A stretch of 64,000 bases of DNA from Chara braunii (Eukaryota; Plantae; Charophyceae): the NCBI GenBank assembly GCA_003427395.1, contig BFEA01000003.1:6674189-6738188 (forward strand), read 5' to 3'. Shown here in pieces: positions 36,290 through 49,369 of this stretch (positions within the stretch are counted from its first letter, which is position 1; each line of letters begins with the position of its first letter). The notes under the pieces were generated by a model that saw nothing but the letters and a program-made list of their open reading frames with translations, did no database searches and was not told the DNA's origin. The position numbers and the translations under genes were made by a program.

Positions 36290-39200
36290 CGACATTTGTA
36301 TGTAGCAACAATGTCAGGAGCAGTAGGTAAGAGTTCTTTCTTACTAAACCAACTGGCTTCAGATGGAGGTTGAGATTTGAACTATACCTTATACTGCTTT
36401 TGTGGTCTTCCTCTGCCACCTGTAGAGAAATAGCCATGTTTCAAAATCTTCTCAACTTCATATCCTCCATTCATGGAGGGTGGAAACATAAATGGCCTGT
36501 TACGAAATTTATCTCCTTCTACATACGGTAGCAGTTTAAACGCATGGAAGATAGGATAGGTCCTTAGGTGTGGGGGTACGTCTATCCGATACGAAGGTCC
36601 ATTTGTATCCCCAATCACCTTGAGAACTTCGCAGGGTCCATAATAGACAGGCAACAGTTTTTGAGATACGTTTTTTTCTAAGGCAAATTCTTTAGACTTT
36701 ACCCATACCAGATCTCCTTGGAATTGCGATGGCCGATGATGTTTGTTGGCCTGCTCAATCATCTGAACTTGGGCTTTTTGTATATTTTCTTTTACCTTTT
36801 TAGTATCTTTTTCATACAAAACTGCAAATTCAGGGGTTCCTGGGGGTAGCCTCTGAATTTGATCCCGAGTTAAAGCATCAATGGGACGTCGAGGCTTCCA
36901 ACCTTTATGTACTGCATTAGGTGTCCTACATGTAACAGTATGTATACTGTTATTATAAGCACTAACAATTTTAGGTAAGTTCTCATCCCAATCTATTTGA
37001 TCGGGTCAGACATACATCTGCAAAAGTTGTTGGCATAGACGATTCATTTGTTCAGTTTGGCCATTCGTTTCAGGATGTCTACCTGATGACATGGTCAACC
37101 TGGTGTCATAGACTTCCATCAACTTTTGCCATTGTAGACTAGTGAACCAAACATCCCTATCAAAGACAATGGTTTTCGGGAATCCATACTCAGAAACCCA
37201 TCGCATCTGGAACTTTTGGATGACTAATTCGGTTTTGGCTTGGGCAGGCAAAGGAATGAATATAGCATACTTTGAGAATTTATCTACAATGACCATTACC
37301 TGACTGTTGCCATTTCGACTCTTAGTGAGACTCATAAAGTCTATAGAGATAGACTCACCTGGCTCACTTGGAATAGGCAATGGTCTCGGCAGTCCCAACG
37401 GATCCTAATGCATGGGCTTGTTCCCTTGACAAACGAGACAAGTCCGCACATACGTTAGTACATCCTCTTTCATTCCTTCTCATTCAAAGCGTTCCTGAAC
37501 ATCGGCATACGTCTTCTTAAAATCAAAGTAACCCTCAACATCATGGCATTCCCCAATGATTAAACTCTTGATTTGTTCTTGGTAAGGGATGCATAATCGT
37601 TCTTCGGTTTTATCCACGTAGAAGAGTAAGCCATCAGTCATTTGATACTCTGAGAATAGTTCAGGGTTCTTTCATAGGGTCCCAATAATAGGATTTCAAA
37701 TAGGATCACTCTCAAAACCCTTACCGTGCCTTACGCGTTTGTTCCTTCAGTTCATTCCCAATATCGAGATAGGAGACAATGGTTCCAAAGAAATCTGCGC
37801 GTCTGGACAAAGCATCCGCAACAACGTTAGACTTTCCTTTGATTGTTTTTAACTCAAAATCAAAGGTATCAATGAAAGCGGACCATCTTACTAGCTTATC
37901 AGAGAGTCTCGACTGTGTCTTAATCCATTTCAGAGTAGAATGATTTGAATAGACGGTAAAGTGTTTCCTTAACAAGTAGTGTTTCTAGGTGTCTAGTGCA
38001 GAGACCAAGACATACAACTCCCTTTCATAGGTAGAGTTGGTCACTTTCTCTTTTGGAAGTCTCCTCCACATAAACCCTATTGGTCTATATCCCTTACTGT
38101 TGTTCTGTTGTAGCACAACGCCAATCTCATACTGACCTGCGTCAAACGTGACGATGAAAGGAAGAGAAGGGTCAACAATCTTTAAGACAAGGTAGTGAGT
38201 CAGAACATGCTTTAATGTCCTAAACAATGACTCACAATCTTTGTCCCACAACCAAGGTTTTTCCTTCTTCAGCAGTCTTCTCATAGGAGCAACTACCAAA
38301 AGAAGTTTTTGACGAACTTTCTGTAGTAACTACCAAGTCCTGTAAAATATCTCAACTCTATTATAGTCTTAGGTTGGAGCCAGTCTCAGATTGTTGTGAT
38401 CTTCTTTTCTTCAGGCCTTAGTCCTTCTTCGTTCACTATATGCCCTAAGTACAAGACTTCAGGCTTAGCAAACTCAGACTTCTTCGGGTTTAGTTTAAAG
38501 TTGCCTTCGCGCAACTTCTGCAAAACCATTCGTAGATGTTTCTCACGGTCTTCTAGTATCTTACTATACACTAAAATGTCATCGAGATAAACTATTACGA
38601 ACTGGTCCAGCCATTGACGAAACAATTCATTCATTGACCTTTGAAAGGTCACACGTGCATTAGTCAATCCAAACGGCATAACCACGAACTTGTAGTGACC
38701 ATACCTTGTTCAAAAAGTCGTTTTGTATTGATCCTCAGGAGCCACCTCGATCTGGTGGTACCCTGACTTCAGATGAGTCTTACTGAAGTACCTGCAGCCT
38801 TGCAACTGGTCCAACAGGTCGTCAATGCGTGGAAGTGGTTCCGCATTTTTCACAATGACGGAATTCATCCCTCTATAGTCAATGCATAGTCTGAGCTCAC
38901 CTTCCTTTTTGGGCATGAATAAGATAGGGGCACCATAAGGAGATGAGTTAGGGCAAATCCATCCCTTGTCAGTAAGTTCTTGCAGCTGTTTTCGAAGTTC
39001 CTCAAGTTCTCTGGGAGACATTCGGTAGATGGGACCCTTGGGAATCTTGCTTCCGGGAATAATCTCGATCGTGTGCTTAATAGCACGCTCAGTGATTCCT
39101 GTCGGTTCAGTCTGCAAGTCCTTATATTCGTCGAGAAGTTTTTTAATAGAAGGAGGATAGGATGAGGAACACTCACCGACTCGTTTAACGAGTACCATCA

Positions 39201-39684
39201 TTAAATCCTGATCCAACTTTTTCTTCGAGACCATCGATCGGAAGCCTGGGTAACTCATACAACAGAAAAACATAGTAGAGTCAGAGCCAGACCTATGGTA
39301 CAACTTTATTGCTCGAAGGTCGGACTTCTCGTCCTTTAGTTTTACAATCTTTTCTTTGAATTTAACTTTTGGGTCGTATTCCTCATGCCAATTCATACTC
39401 AGAATCAAGTCAAAGGGCAATTTTTTCTCTAGAAGGAGGGATACTTCATGTAGGATTTTATTTCCTTCCTTAGTCCGGAAATAACACTTGACACGATCGA
39501 CGTATTGAAAGACAGTGATCGTGCTTTTGTCAGCCAGCATAGATGTGATAGGTCGAGGTAAATGTTTTACTTTCATTCCCAAATGCAATTTGCGTATTGC
39601 CTTCTCTGAAATGTAAGACCGCGTCGATCCTAGATTTAACACTGCACCAACTCGCGTTTGCGCAATCTCAATATCCGCGATCAT
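36290..39684 (-). pseudogene. Element C pol (PR-RT-RH-IN-chromodomain), frameshifted
   Basis: VLNLGST (PR, D>N), YLDDILVYS, FDAGQYEIG, ISIDFMS...HPETNGQTE, YEVEKILKH...QYKV. Confidence 0.93.
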
Positions 39685-39949
39685 TAACTCACCCTTAGAC
39701 TTTGCTTTCTTAGCCTACGAACTTTGAAGTGCTTCGAGTTCATCACCGAGTTCATCAAGGGAATCGTTCAGTGAGACAGAGCAAAGAACAGTGTCAGGGT
39801 GCTCTGGACGATGGGTTGAAGAAGAGTCATCCTCTGCCATAAGAGTTGAGAGGTTAGAAGGGTTATTGGCGCCTTAACTTTATCTACACCCTTCGATTCA
39901 GTAGGAGCAGATGCTACTCCTACTGGTTGCTCGCTTTTGGGTTATGAAT

Positions 39950-41600
39950 TAGTGGGCACCAGGCTATCACATGCCCAACGGTCCCACACTTGAGGCACTG
40001 ACAATTGTTCATTTTGGACTGTCATTCCTCACGTGGCATCCCCATCTTTTCCCAGGGCTTCCTGAACACAATGTCAAGGTGCTCGGGAAACGAGCGTGGC
40101 CTCCTTTTCTTCTTCCATTGGCCTTGGCCTCCCTTGTTAGCCATCACGGCAGTGACGTCACCCTTCCCAAACTCACTGCCGCCATTAGCTACTCCTCCCT
40201 CGGACTCGTCAATGGGTAACTTTTCTATCATCTCGTGATCGAACACGAGAAGCATGTGATCCTGGCGCTTTTACCGTCAAAGGACCTGCTTGCCATACCC
40301 ACCGACCGGTCCAAATTTCACTACTGAAGCATAGGAACCCTTCACCTGTGCGTTTATCAACTCTCGTTGGAGAGCGAGATCGTGAAATTGTCAATAATTA
40401 TACTTACCAGACTTAGCCTCGGCCACGAGTTGTTCGTGAATTGGCTCGGGCAAAGCTCGTGAGTAGATATACAAGACCTGGTTATCTTGCAAATTCAGTT
40501 CAGGTACCTGCAAAAGACGATTCACTTCACGAGACAACGCATCAACGCAAGACCAACACTTTTGTCATATTGTGGTGAGTTCGTCAAAGGTCTTGTCGGT
40601 CGTCGTTTTGTCGAGAAATCTCTCCTTAATCTTTTGGAGAAATTGTCTCAACGTGAGGGTCTTAGCCCACTCACCAATATCTTTAAAGCCAGCAGCGTTG
40701 GCCTCGGACAACACCCACTCTTTAGCCACTCCCCCCTGACACGACGTGGAGAAGGCCACATGACTCTCAGGCTCGACTGGAGCGGTGCCACAATAAGTTT
40801 GGATCTCTGCGATCCACAACAACATGTTTTCATCTTTCTTGTTGTTGTAGGTGAACGACAACTTTATTTTCATTTTTTCCTTTCTCTTCGGTTTTTCTAC
40901 CTCCTTTGGCCGGTTCTTCCTTCTTGGCGGTTTCTTCTTTCTTTCCTGTCGGTCTCTCAAGTTCTTTCTTAGAACCTTCGGGTTTCTCCGGCGTGACTCG
41001 CTTCATTGCATCCTTCATTCATTTTTCATGGGGTTCCTTCTTGACTACCTCCCCCTTGATCTCCTCCTCAATTCCTACCTTATCCTTCTCTTTCAAGAGT
41101 CTAGTCATTGTCTCCCATGAGGCTGCGTTGCTATCAATCTTCTTTTCGAGATGAACAAGGTAGACCACTAGATTGTAGAATGGATGCAAGCTCGCTGCCT
41201 GCTTCTTCGTAGTGAAATTTATGCCTAAGTTCTTCAATTATTCTCTCTTCTTCTGCTTGCGCTTCATGCTGTCTCTGGAATTCCTCAATCTTTCTTCTTA
41301 CTTCTCTCAATGTATTTTCGATTTGCCTTACGTTTTCCTCCATATCTCTTCAGACAGTTGTGGTTCCTTCCTTTCTTCTTTCTTCTTTTTTTTTCTTTCC
41401 TTTCTTTCCCGGTCCATATTTTCCAGATTCTCAGCGACATACAGGTCAAAGGTCATTCGCCCTTGCTTTATGAGGTCCTCGACTCTCTTGTCGGTCTCCA
41501 TCATCTAAACGGTTGTTTCTGCGGCTCTCAGTTCACCTTCTGCGGCACGCAGATTGAACTGATCGTGAACTAGCCGTTCAATTTCTGAATCGGCGCCGTG
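39950..41600 (-). pseudogene. Element C gag with zinc knuckle
   Basis: FTYNNKKDENMLLWIAEI in ORF 40565-40960; QCLKCGTVGHVIAWC read at ~39955-40000 on the minus strand. Confidence 0.85.
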
Positions 41601-42766
41601 TATCTCACCGAGAAGCTGGTGTAGAAGGTCGATCAAAGTCTATCTCCTCGCATCAATTTGACCACGGGTCTTTAGTTCCCCCCCTTCTTCATTAGCATAG
41701 AGGGTGAGAGTGATGGGAAAGAAGAAGAGAGGTATGAAACTTGTGAGAATAGAGGCACGCAGACATTTCCAGAGATAAGTCATTTTTCCTAGCGTGAATA
41801 TGCCGCACAATAAATAAAATTAAAAGACAAAAATAAATTTCACGGCACACCCAAGTCCTACAACAAGAAATAATCGAGGCAGATAAAAAGAAACAGCTTC
41901 GCAAATAATTTTCTAAATCTAACTTTTGTTGTCTGTTCTATGTGTGATGACGTCCTACAGCAGGTGTATAGGTACCGCAACCACGACTAGTGTGATCAAG
42001 ACAACAACACACTTGTGAGTAAACACATCAACCACAGAACAACCAATAAGTGAGTAGGTTAGCCAACACAACAACACAATCAATGGTTAGCTTCCTTCCT
42101 CTACGGTTCTACCATCTGCAGAAACAATGCAACCAAACACAAGGGCCAGCACTCGACACTACAACAAATCGTGAAGCCGTACCATCTGCCGGCACACAAG
42201 TGCACACTCGACAGTTCCTCCACAGCAGCGTGTTATGCATGCCACGTGTCACCCCTGGGATGCCAACGCAGCAGCTCTATAGAGTCTGCCATGTCAACGT
42301 CATGGACCTAAAAGGTCTACGAGGGGAGGATGCCATGTCAGCAATGCATGTCTGCAACACACACAATATTGGCATGCCATGTCAGCGCTTCATTAGCAGG
42401 CTATCGCAACACAAGTATGTACCACGTCAGATCATGCCCTGCCTGTTGAGAATGCCACATCAGCACTCCACGTCATGCCACGTAGGCAGTGAGCCACATC
42501 AGCGGTCCTGATCTCACACTTATCTCTCTCTAGCCCAGTGCCACGTCAGCCTGTTGCCAACGAAGCTCTCGCCGGTATCTTGAAATCTGCAGTGTAGCCA
42601 CGTCATCATCTTCAAGAGAGGCCGCACGCATGTGCCGTACTCAATGTTTAGACTTGCGGTATTGACCACGTGCGTTAATAAGCGTGTTTCGTCTTGCACA
42701 TGCGGCACCTCCCACTTACCTGGGTGCCACGTAAGCACCTGACAGCAGATTGAGATGAAGGAGTAC

Positions 42767-42778
42767 GCTCTGATACCA
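42767..42778 (-). promoter_or_regulatory. Primer-binding site (tRNA-iMet) of element C
   Basis: Minus strand TGGTATCAGAGC. Confidence 0.95.
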
Positions 42779-42781
42779 AAT

Positions 42782-44001
42782 TGTAATGAACCCAGTCTAG
42801 CAGATACTCATCAGACGCCAAAGTACAAGTAGTCTCAGATCTGCACAAAGTCTCCAGTTAACGTGAAGTGATATCTGAAACAATATCTCGTTACCAATAG
42901 ACGAAGAGAGTGGAGGGGGAATAAACAGAGGAGAAGGTGGAAAAGATAATTACACAAGAGTAGTCACAATCCTTCCCACTCCTTCTCCGGGCTTCCCCTC
43001 GCCTCCACGTCAACAACCAATATACAGTAACAGGTCTGATAAATCCTGATCACACAGAAGTGCCACATGGCACTCTTATCTCGTGGACACCATGAAGACA
43101 ACTGCAGTATACGGTAACGACGTCAACCTCAGGTGAGTATCAGATCTCAATCATCCACAAATCCCGATCTCCCTCCTTGTCGCAACCAGTCACCTCATGT
43201 AGACAGCGTGGCCAATGCCACGTCAGCTATAGAGACAGGTGGCATGCGCCACATCATCAATGAAGACAGGTGGCAGCGCCGCATCAGCAACACAATGTAG
43301 ACAAATAGCAATGCCACATCAGCAATGTAGACAAGTGGCATGCGCCACATCAGCCATGTAGACAGTGGCATGCACCATATCAGCAATGTAGACAAATAGC
43401 ATGCGCCACATCAGCCATATAGACAAGTGGCATGCGCCATATGTCTAGCGCACAGTAGAGAAAGCGCCAGCATGCTGCCACAGTCCTGCGTCGTCGACCA
43501 CAGTGCCAGCGTCAAGCCAGCGTCCAGCCAGCGTCAAGCCGGCGTCCAGCCAGCGTCGAACCATAGTCGAGCCAGCGTCGAACCATAGTCGAGCCAGCGT
43601 CCAGCCAGCGTCGAGGCAGCATAACAAGACTGAATGTTGACCAACCGGAGACCCAGCCTTATGTAGCATTTGGCAAGGCTGTCTGGCCTCAGGTCCCCTT
43701 TCCACGGTCGTACAGATTGACTCACAGCCGAGGGCCTGGATTGTACAGTTGCAGATTTCCCCTTGGTCCTGATGTTGTCGGGGTACCTGCATACAAACAA
43801 GTGTGTGCGTCTGACCGGCGGCCTGGGCTGGGTACACTTTGACTTTGACTGTTGGATGTCCGATAGTTGACTTTAGTCAACTGTCACACGTTCAGGTCTT
43901 GAATCTTTTTGTGGGGTTCTTTTCCCCCTTCGGCCTGGGTCTGAGTGCGGCCTGGTAAGGCCCTCAGACAATCTACGAGACATACGGCATGGTTTATTGC
44001 A
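42782..44001 (-). repeat. 5' LTR of element C
   Basis: TGTAATGAACC...TTATTGCA, collinear with 34995-36231. Confidence 0.93.
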
Positions 44002-44721
44002 GTATGCCCTCGATGAGGGCGTTACGGCAAGGGTGTCAGGTCCATGAAAGAAGAAAGAGAGGAAAAAAAATTGAAACTGAACTTAGGGCGGGAAAGCGGG
44101 TTCATACATTCTGCAAAGTAATAGCGTGGTTATGCCCTCCTCCACAAAGTGTCAGCAGCAACGGACTGCGTCGTGCCTATCTGGCGGGGCCCAAAACAAA
44201 AAAAAGTACGAAAACAAAAAACACAAACAATGAAAACCCGAAACTGACCACTACAGCGGTTATATATGAACGTGTGAGATTTGGTGTGAGCACAACTTGG
44301 TACACGACCTTCCCCGACATGATCTTTTGTTTTTATTTTTGTTTTTCGAAGGGGCCCTCAAGGCCCAACTGCCGAGCCTCGTCCAACCCCCGAAACTTCC
44401 GAAAAAGTGGGAAAACAGCCACTTTTCTCATTTCTCCCAACACTGGTCGATAGTGGTGGTTTAAAGAAAACAAAACAGGGCGAGGCGGGGGGGGTTCAGA
44501 ACTTTCAGCATGGGTGGGCACCCATGCAGCTTCTTCCTCGCGCAGCGCCAGCGCCCTTTCCCTTCGGGCATGGTGGCCACCCAACAAGCAAGCGCTACCA
44601 GCAGCGCTGCCGCCATCCAGCCAGCAAGAATGTCACAAGTGAGTGAGTGTCACTTGCATTTGCCCTGTCTGGCTGGGCAAGGCAGACCCTGGCTGTGCGG
44701 CCTGCGTCCCAGTAGTTGTAC

Positions 44722-45159
44722 TGTTGCATACCAAGATGGTACAGACCAGAACCAAGAACCGATCTCTCACAGATAGAGCGGGATAGCACAGCAGAAGACT
44801 GGAATACCAATGATCAGACCCAATCAATGTCGAAATGCAGACTGGACATACATCATCATCATCGCACGTTGTGAATGGCCTGGTGCCGCACACAGGGACG
44901 AAGGTGCCAGGCCTAGCTCATGCACAGATGAGGAGGGGAAAGAGACGAAGAAGAGGGGGGAGGAGATGAGAACGTCATCAACCCAAATGTCGCTGATATC
45001 AATCCCAAATAGTCCCCCCAACATTTCTGTCCAATGTCGAGTCTAAATCCCAAGTGCCGTTAATCTCTCTCTCTCTCTCTCTCTCATAGCCGGTAAGAAG
45101 AAGTCAGAGCGCTGGGAGGGGAAGAAGAAGGTGGTGGACTGGAGGAGGAAGAAAAAGGA

Positions 45160-45224
<65 letters not shown>

Positions 45225-45938
45225 NNNNNNNNNNNNNNNNNNNNNNNNNNNNNNNNNNNNNNNNNNNNNNNNNNNNNNNNNNNNNNNNNNNNNNNNNNNN
45301 NNNNNNNNNNNNNNNNNNNNNNNNNNNNNNNNNNNNNNNNNNNNNNNNNNNNNNNNNNNNNNNNNNNNNNNNNNNNNNNNNNNNNNNNNNNNNNNNNNNN
45401 NNNNNNNNNNNNNNNNNNNNNNNNNNNNNNNNNNNNNNNNNNNNCGCAGGTAAGTCTCAGGTAAGTCCTCTGGCCGCCATCACCATCTCTCCCTCCCTGC
45501 GCTACTCTACTCTATCAGCGCCCAGCGCTGGAAGACTAGTCCTATCGTCGACTACTACTGGACTGCTGTCGCCCGAAGTATGCCTCCACTCAATCCTCTA
45601 CTGAATGCCCTGACTGAGTCCGGACCCAACTATGCATAGCGCTGGGTCGGCCGCAGCGGCTGAGTCGTGGCACCCAAACTGAGGCTGGGCCTCCAGCGCC
45701 TACTGAAACGGCGCGGTCTCAAAATCAGGGTCTGGTGCCAAAACCCGTGCCAGGGCCTGTAACCGAAACGAGGCCTACAGGGCCTCTAACTGGTACCGGT
45801 CCTACTCAGGCCTAAAAACTGGCCTACTGAACCTGCGGACCCTACTGAGAGTGGAAACGACACCGACCCTATACTCTACGGACCCCTAGCCTACCTGGTC
45901 ATGCCCTGCTGGGCCCGTGTGGAACTGAGTATGCCACA
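44722..45938 (-). mobile_element. Solo LTR of family B (contains an N gap)
   Basis: TGTTGCATAC...GTATGCCACA, collinear with 27060-28253. TSD TGTAC/TGTGC (4/5). Confidence 0.88.
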
Positions 45939-46860
45939 TGTGCCCAGGGCCCTTCCAGGTTGTGCCTGGTGCTCAACTGTAAATGCCCTGGGCCTCAGCA
46001 TCTCTGCTGGGTCTCCAGCATCTTCAACTGACCGGGTGACCGATTGGTTGAAGATGCTGCACGTTCTGGATCATGTCAGCCTTTACCTAGGGCCCTTTGA
46101 TTTTGCTCAGGCCCGCCTTCACTTAGGGCGTGCGCAGGCCCTTTACAAGGCCGACGGCCCTTATGCTTCACAAATCCATGGCTTGCCGGTGGAAAAGGAA
46201 CCGAACTGACGCTCTACAGAATGAATATGGAGCCAGCCTCAGCCAGGCCCATAAGTATCTGTTTTTTGAACTTTTTCTCTATTCAAAAAATAAAAATAAA
46301 AATAAATCATGACTTGCTGGTGGAAAAGGAACTGGACTTGTGCTGCTCAGAATGAATACGGAGCCAGACCCACAAGGACTCGTTGTTCCTCAAAAGAAAA
46401 AAAATAAAAATAAATTAAAAATTAAGAACAAAATGACGAGAAATAAGCAGGACAGCAATCACAAGTTCACAACGCATGCATGAGCCCACACAGAAATCGA
46501 CTCGCAGTCAGACCAACCAATGCATGTAGAAAGAGTGAAGAAACAGTTTTTCACTTCTTAACAATTATATAAAAAATCAGTTTAAGATTCTGAAAATTAA
46601 CTGCTGTTAGTTGAGCTGTGTTGACACGTGAAGGTGAAACATGAAATTTTAAACTTGAAACTCGAAACTTGCCAGTGAAACTTGAAATCACGCATTGATC
46701 CAGATGGGTTCATTAACCTCATTTCTTTCCTTTTTCAATGATTTTGTTTAGTTTATAACTTTTTTTAATCTACTGATTTTAATATCATTTTATGATTCAG
46801 TTAGATATGACAATGGTTTGTAAAACTGTAATTTGATACATGGGACAAAGTACGACATAC

Positions 46861-47035
46861 CCTTTTTTTTATCTTTTCAAAGTTCTCGACAAGTGTCCTT
46901 GCTATCCCATCTTTTTCCTCCATAGCCGTTCTGACTGCAGCACTCCATAACCCTTTCTCCTCCATCTTTTTCTTATGCTGCTCCAAAATCGTATTTTTTA
47001 TTTCCTCTGTTGCACCTGTATATTTCTCCTGATAA
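46861..47035 (-). CDS. Candidate isolated exon, charged helical peptide of unknown function
   Basis: CTGCAG acceptor and AGG|GTATGT donor bound a stop-free frame YQEKYTGATEEIKNTILEQHKKKMEEKGLWSAAVRTAMEEKDGIARTLVENFEKIKKR in AT-rich flanks. Confidence 0.35.
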
Positions 47036-47129
47036 CTGCAGACTCAGAGACAGATACCAAACCAACCTTAAGTTCGCTACTTGAAAACACAGAGAAGTAG
47101 GATATGAGAAAAGCAGGAATTGAGGAACA

Positions 47130-47339
47130 CAAACAAACAAACAAACAAACAAACAAACAAACAAACAAACAAACAAAATTGTAATAATAAATTAATGATA
47201 AAAAGCGGATGCCCGCTGCGGCTACGCGCAGCGGACAACCCCCACCTCCCCTCGCTCTCTCTGTTGCTTTCCACCCTCACTCCCCATCCATCGGTTTCAT
47301 CCCGGGAAATCCTCCTAGAGATTGGGAAAGAGGACCCGG

Positions 47340-47421
<82 letters not shown>

Positions 47422-47452
47422 AAGCAGCCCCAACCCGTTCCCAGCTTTCTCG

Positions 47453-47499
<47 letters not shown>

Positions 47500-47500
47500 T
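47130..47500. repeat. Microsatellite cluster (AAAC)n, (CT)n, (GATT)n
   Basis: Direct reading. Confidence 0.95.
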
Positions 47501-47664
47501 CGTGTTCGGTATTTGCATGTTCGTATGTGCATGCCTGACCGTTATTTGCATGCCGGAATCTGGACAGGGATGTCCACGTGTTGCATCCCTTTATAATTTT
47601 TATTCGTAGACAGAGAATAAAAAACACTCTGGGGGAAAACTCTTGCTCGGTTCTGCTCGAGTAT

Positions 47665-48470
47665 AGTGTCCTCCTCTTCACCATTGTATGTGTGTGTGTG
47701 AGTCCTCTGCCCTCCTCCCTCATCCTCCTCTGTCCATCCTCTTTTCTCCTCCTCCGTCGATCATCCCTCCTACATCCATAGTCCTCGTGTGTCACCCTCA
47801 TGTGTGTGTGCGTGTATGTCCTCCTCCCTCCTTCCATCCTTCATTCTCCTGCCTCAATCATCATCATCGTCCTCTCCTCGTCCTCTCTCCTCAACCACCC
47901 TCCTGGTCCTCCAAAAGACACTCACATGGCACCATCATCCTTCTTGTTCTCGTGCTCCATCGTTGCGTCCTTCTCCTCCTCCTCGTCGTCCTCCTCCTCA
48001 TGCTCCAGTGTAGCATCCTCCTCTTCCTCATAGTCCATTGTTGCCTCCTCCTCCTCCTCGTGCTCCGTTGTGTGTGTGTGTGTCCTCTGTCCTCCTCCCT
48101 CATTGCCCTGCCTCCATCCTTCCTCCTCCTCCACCCTGGATCCTCCCCCCTCCATCCATGGTCCTCCTCCTCCTCGCCCCTCCCTCATCCTATGCCTCCA
48201 TCTTCCATCCTCGTCATCCTCCTCCCTCCTCCTCCTTCCTCTGCCTCCATCCTCCTCCCTCTGTCATCATCGCCTTGAAGTTCCTCCCTCCATCGGCATC
48301 GCCCTCCTCCCTACGCCTCCCTCCTCCCCGTCTGTCTTCCTCGTTCGTCGTCCAGTTGAGCCCGACCATTGTCAATAGCGCTTGTCCGCTTTCTTCCTTG
48401 ATCATGTCCTCCTCCATCCTTTACCTCCTCCATCCTTTACCTCCACCATCCTCCCTCCTCGTCCATCCTC
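47665..48470. repeat. Pyrimidine-rich low-complexity (CCT/CAT) tract
   Basis: Direct reading; recurring GTGTGTGT-CCTC blocks. Confidence 0.85.
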
Positions 48471-48869
48471 CGATAGCGCCCGTCCAGTTGAGCCCGACCA
48501 ACCTTGCTCGTCGCCTCCTCCAGGTTATCCCACTGCGCCCGGTGGGAGATATCCCTTGCCATCCACGGCCGTCGTCCGGGCCTAGGTCCCACTTGCACGA
48601 ATTACAAGACTCTGACCGTAGATACCAAAGATCAACGGCCGAAATCTCCCAATTTGCGCAAGTGGGACCTTGCCCCCGGCCGGCCCTGCCCCTTCAGGTT
48701 GATGCGGTGCCCTCCTTCACCGGCGCGCAAGGAACAATCAGGTGGAGAACGGGTTCTGCATTCATTTTTGCCGCCGGCACTCTCCATCCGACCGTTTGCC
48801 ATACGGTTTGGTCCCGCCCATCCCTGGCACTCGTCGCCTCGTCTCCCCGATAGCGAAAATAAAAAGAAG

Positions 48870-49369
48870 GCCTGCGGGCCTAGCTCAGTTGGTAAGGCGC
48901 AGACGCTGCATTCAGGAGGTCGTGGGTTCAATCCCCATTTGCCTCGCGTACGTGCCTCGGCAAGCTTGGTGATCTACCAGCTAGAGATAACCCGTTGCCC
49001 CCCTAAGCCAGCATTGGCAGGACCTTGGTTGTTGTTGGTTGCTATGCAGCTACAATATTGGCCATTAGACACCGCCATGTGGGGTTTGGGGGCGGGGTAG
49101 GGGGAGGTGCAGTGACTGGCCATTGCTCGGCGCTAGGACCGCCGATTTCCCCCATCGGCAATGCCTCCCCACCCCTCTTCACCGTGATGAGGGACTGGTA
49201 CAGCCTTGCTCTCGCACCACTGCTGTGGTGCAACCTACCCCGTGGGCTGGGGAGAGATCCGGGTTGGTTGGTGTTCCCCCGTACTACATATACACTAGTG
49301 AGAGGATGAGATAGATGAGTACTAGCAAAGAAAAATGAGATAGATAAGAAAAAAGAAAAAAAAAAAAAA
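48870..49369 (+). mobile_element. tRNA-derived SINE family 2 (~500 bp)
   Basis: A-box TAGCTCAGTTGG (48881-48892), B-box GGTTCAATCCC (48925-48935), poly-A tail, candidate TSD AAAAAGAAG at 48861-48869 and 49370-49378. Confidence 0.85.

Larger units (their letters stand above)
34995..44001 (-). mobile_element. Full-length Ty3/gypsy chromovirus C, decayed
   Basis: LTRs at 34995-36231 and 42782-44001. Perfect iMet PBS at 42767-42778. Flanking GTAT at 34991-34994 and 44002-44005. Contains gag, CX2CX4HX4C knuckle, PR, RT, RH, IN and chromodomain. Confidence 0.95.

Noticed and set aside
47688-48853. Pro/Ser/Leu- and Glu-rich ORFs
   Set aside because: They come from the low-complexity CCT tract.
48874-48947. 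Functional tRNA gene
   Set aside because: The anticodon stem does not pair, and it is followed by a body and poly-A typical of a SINE.
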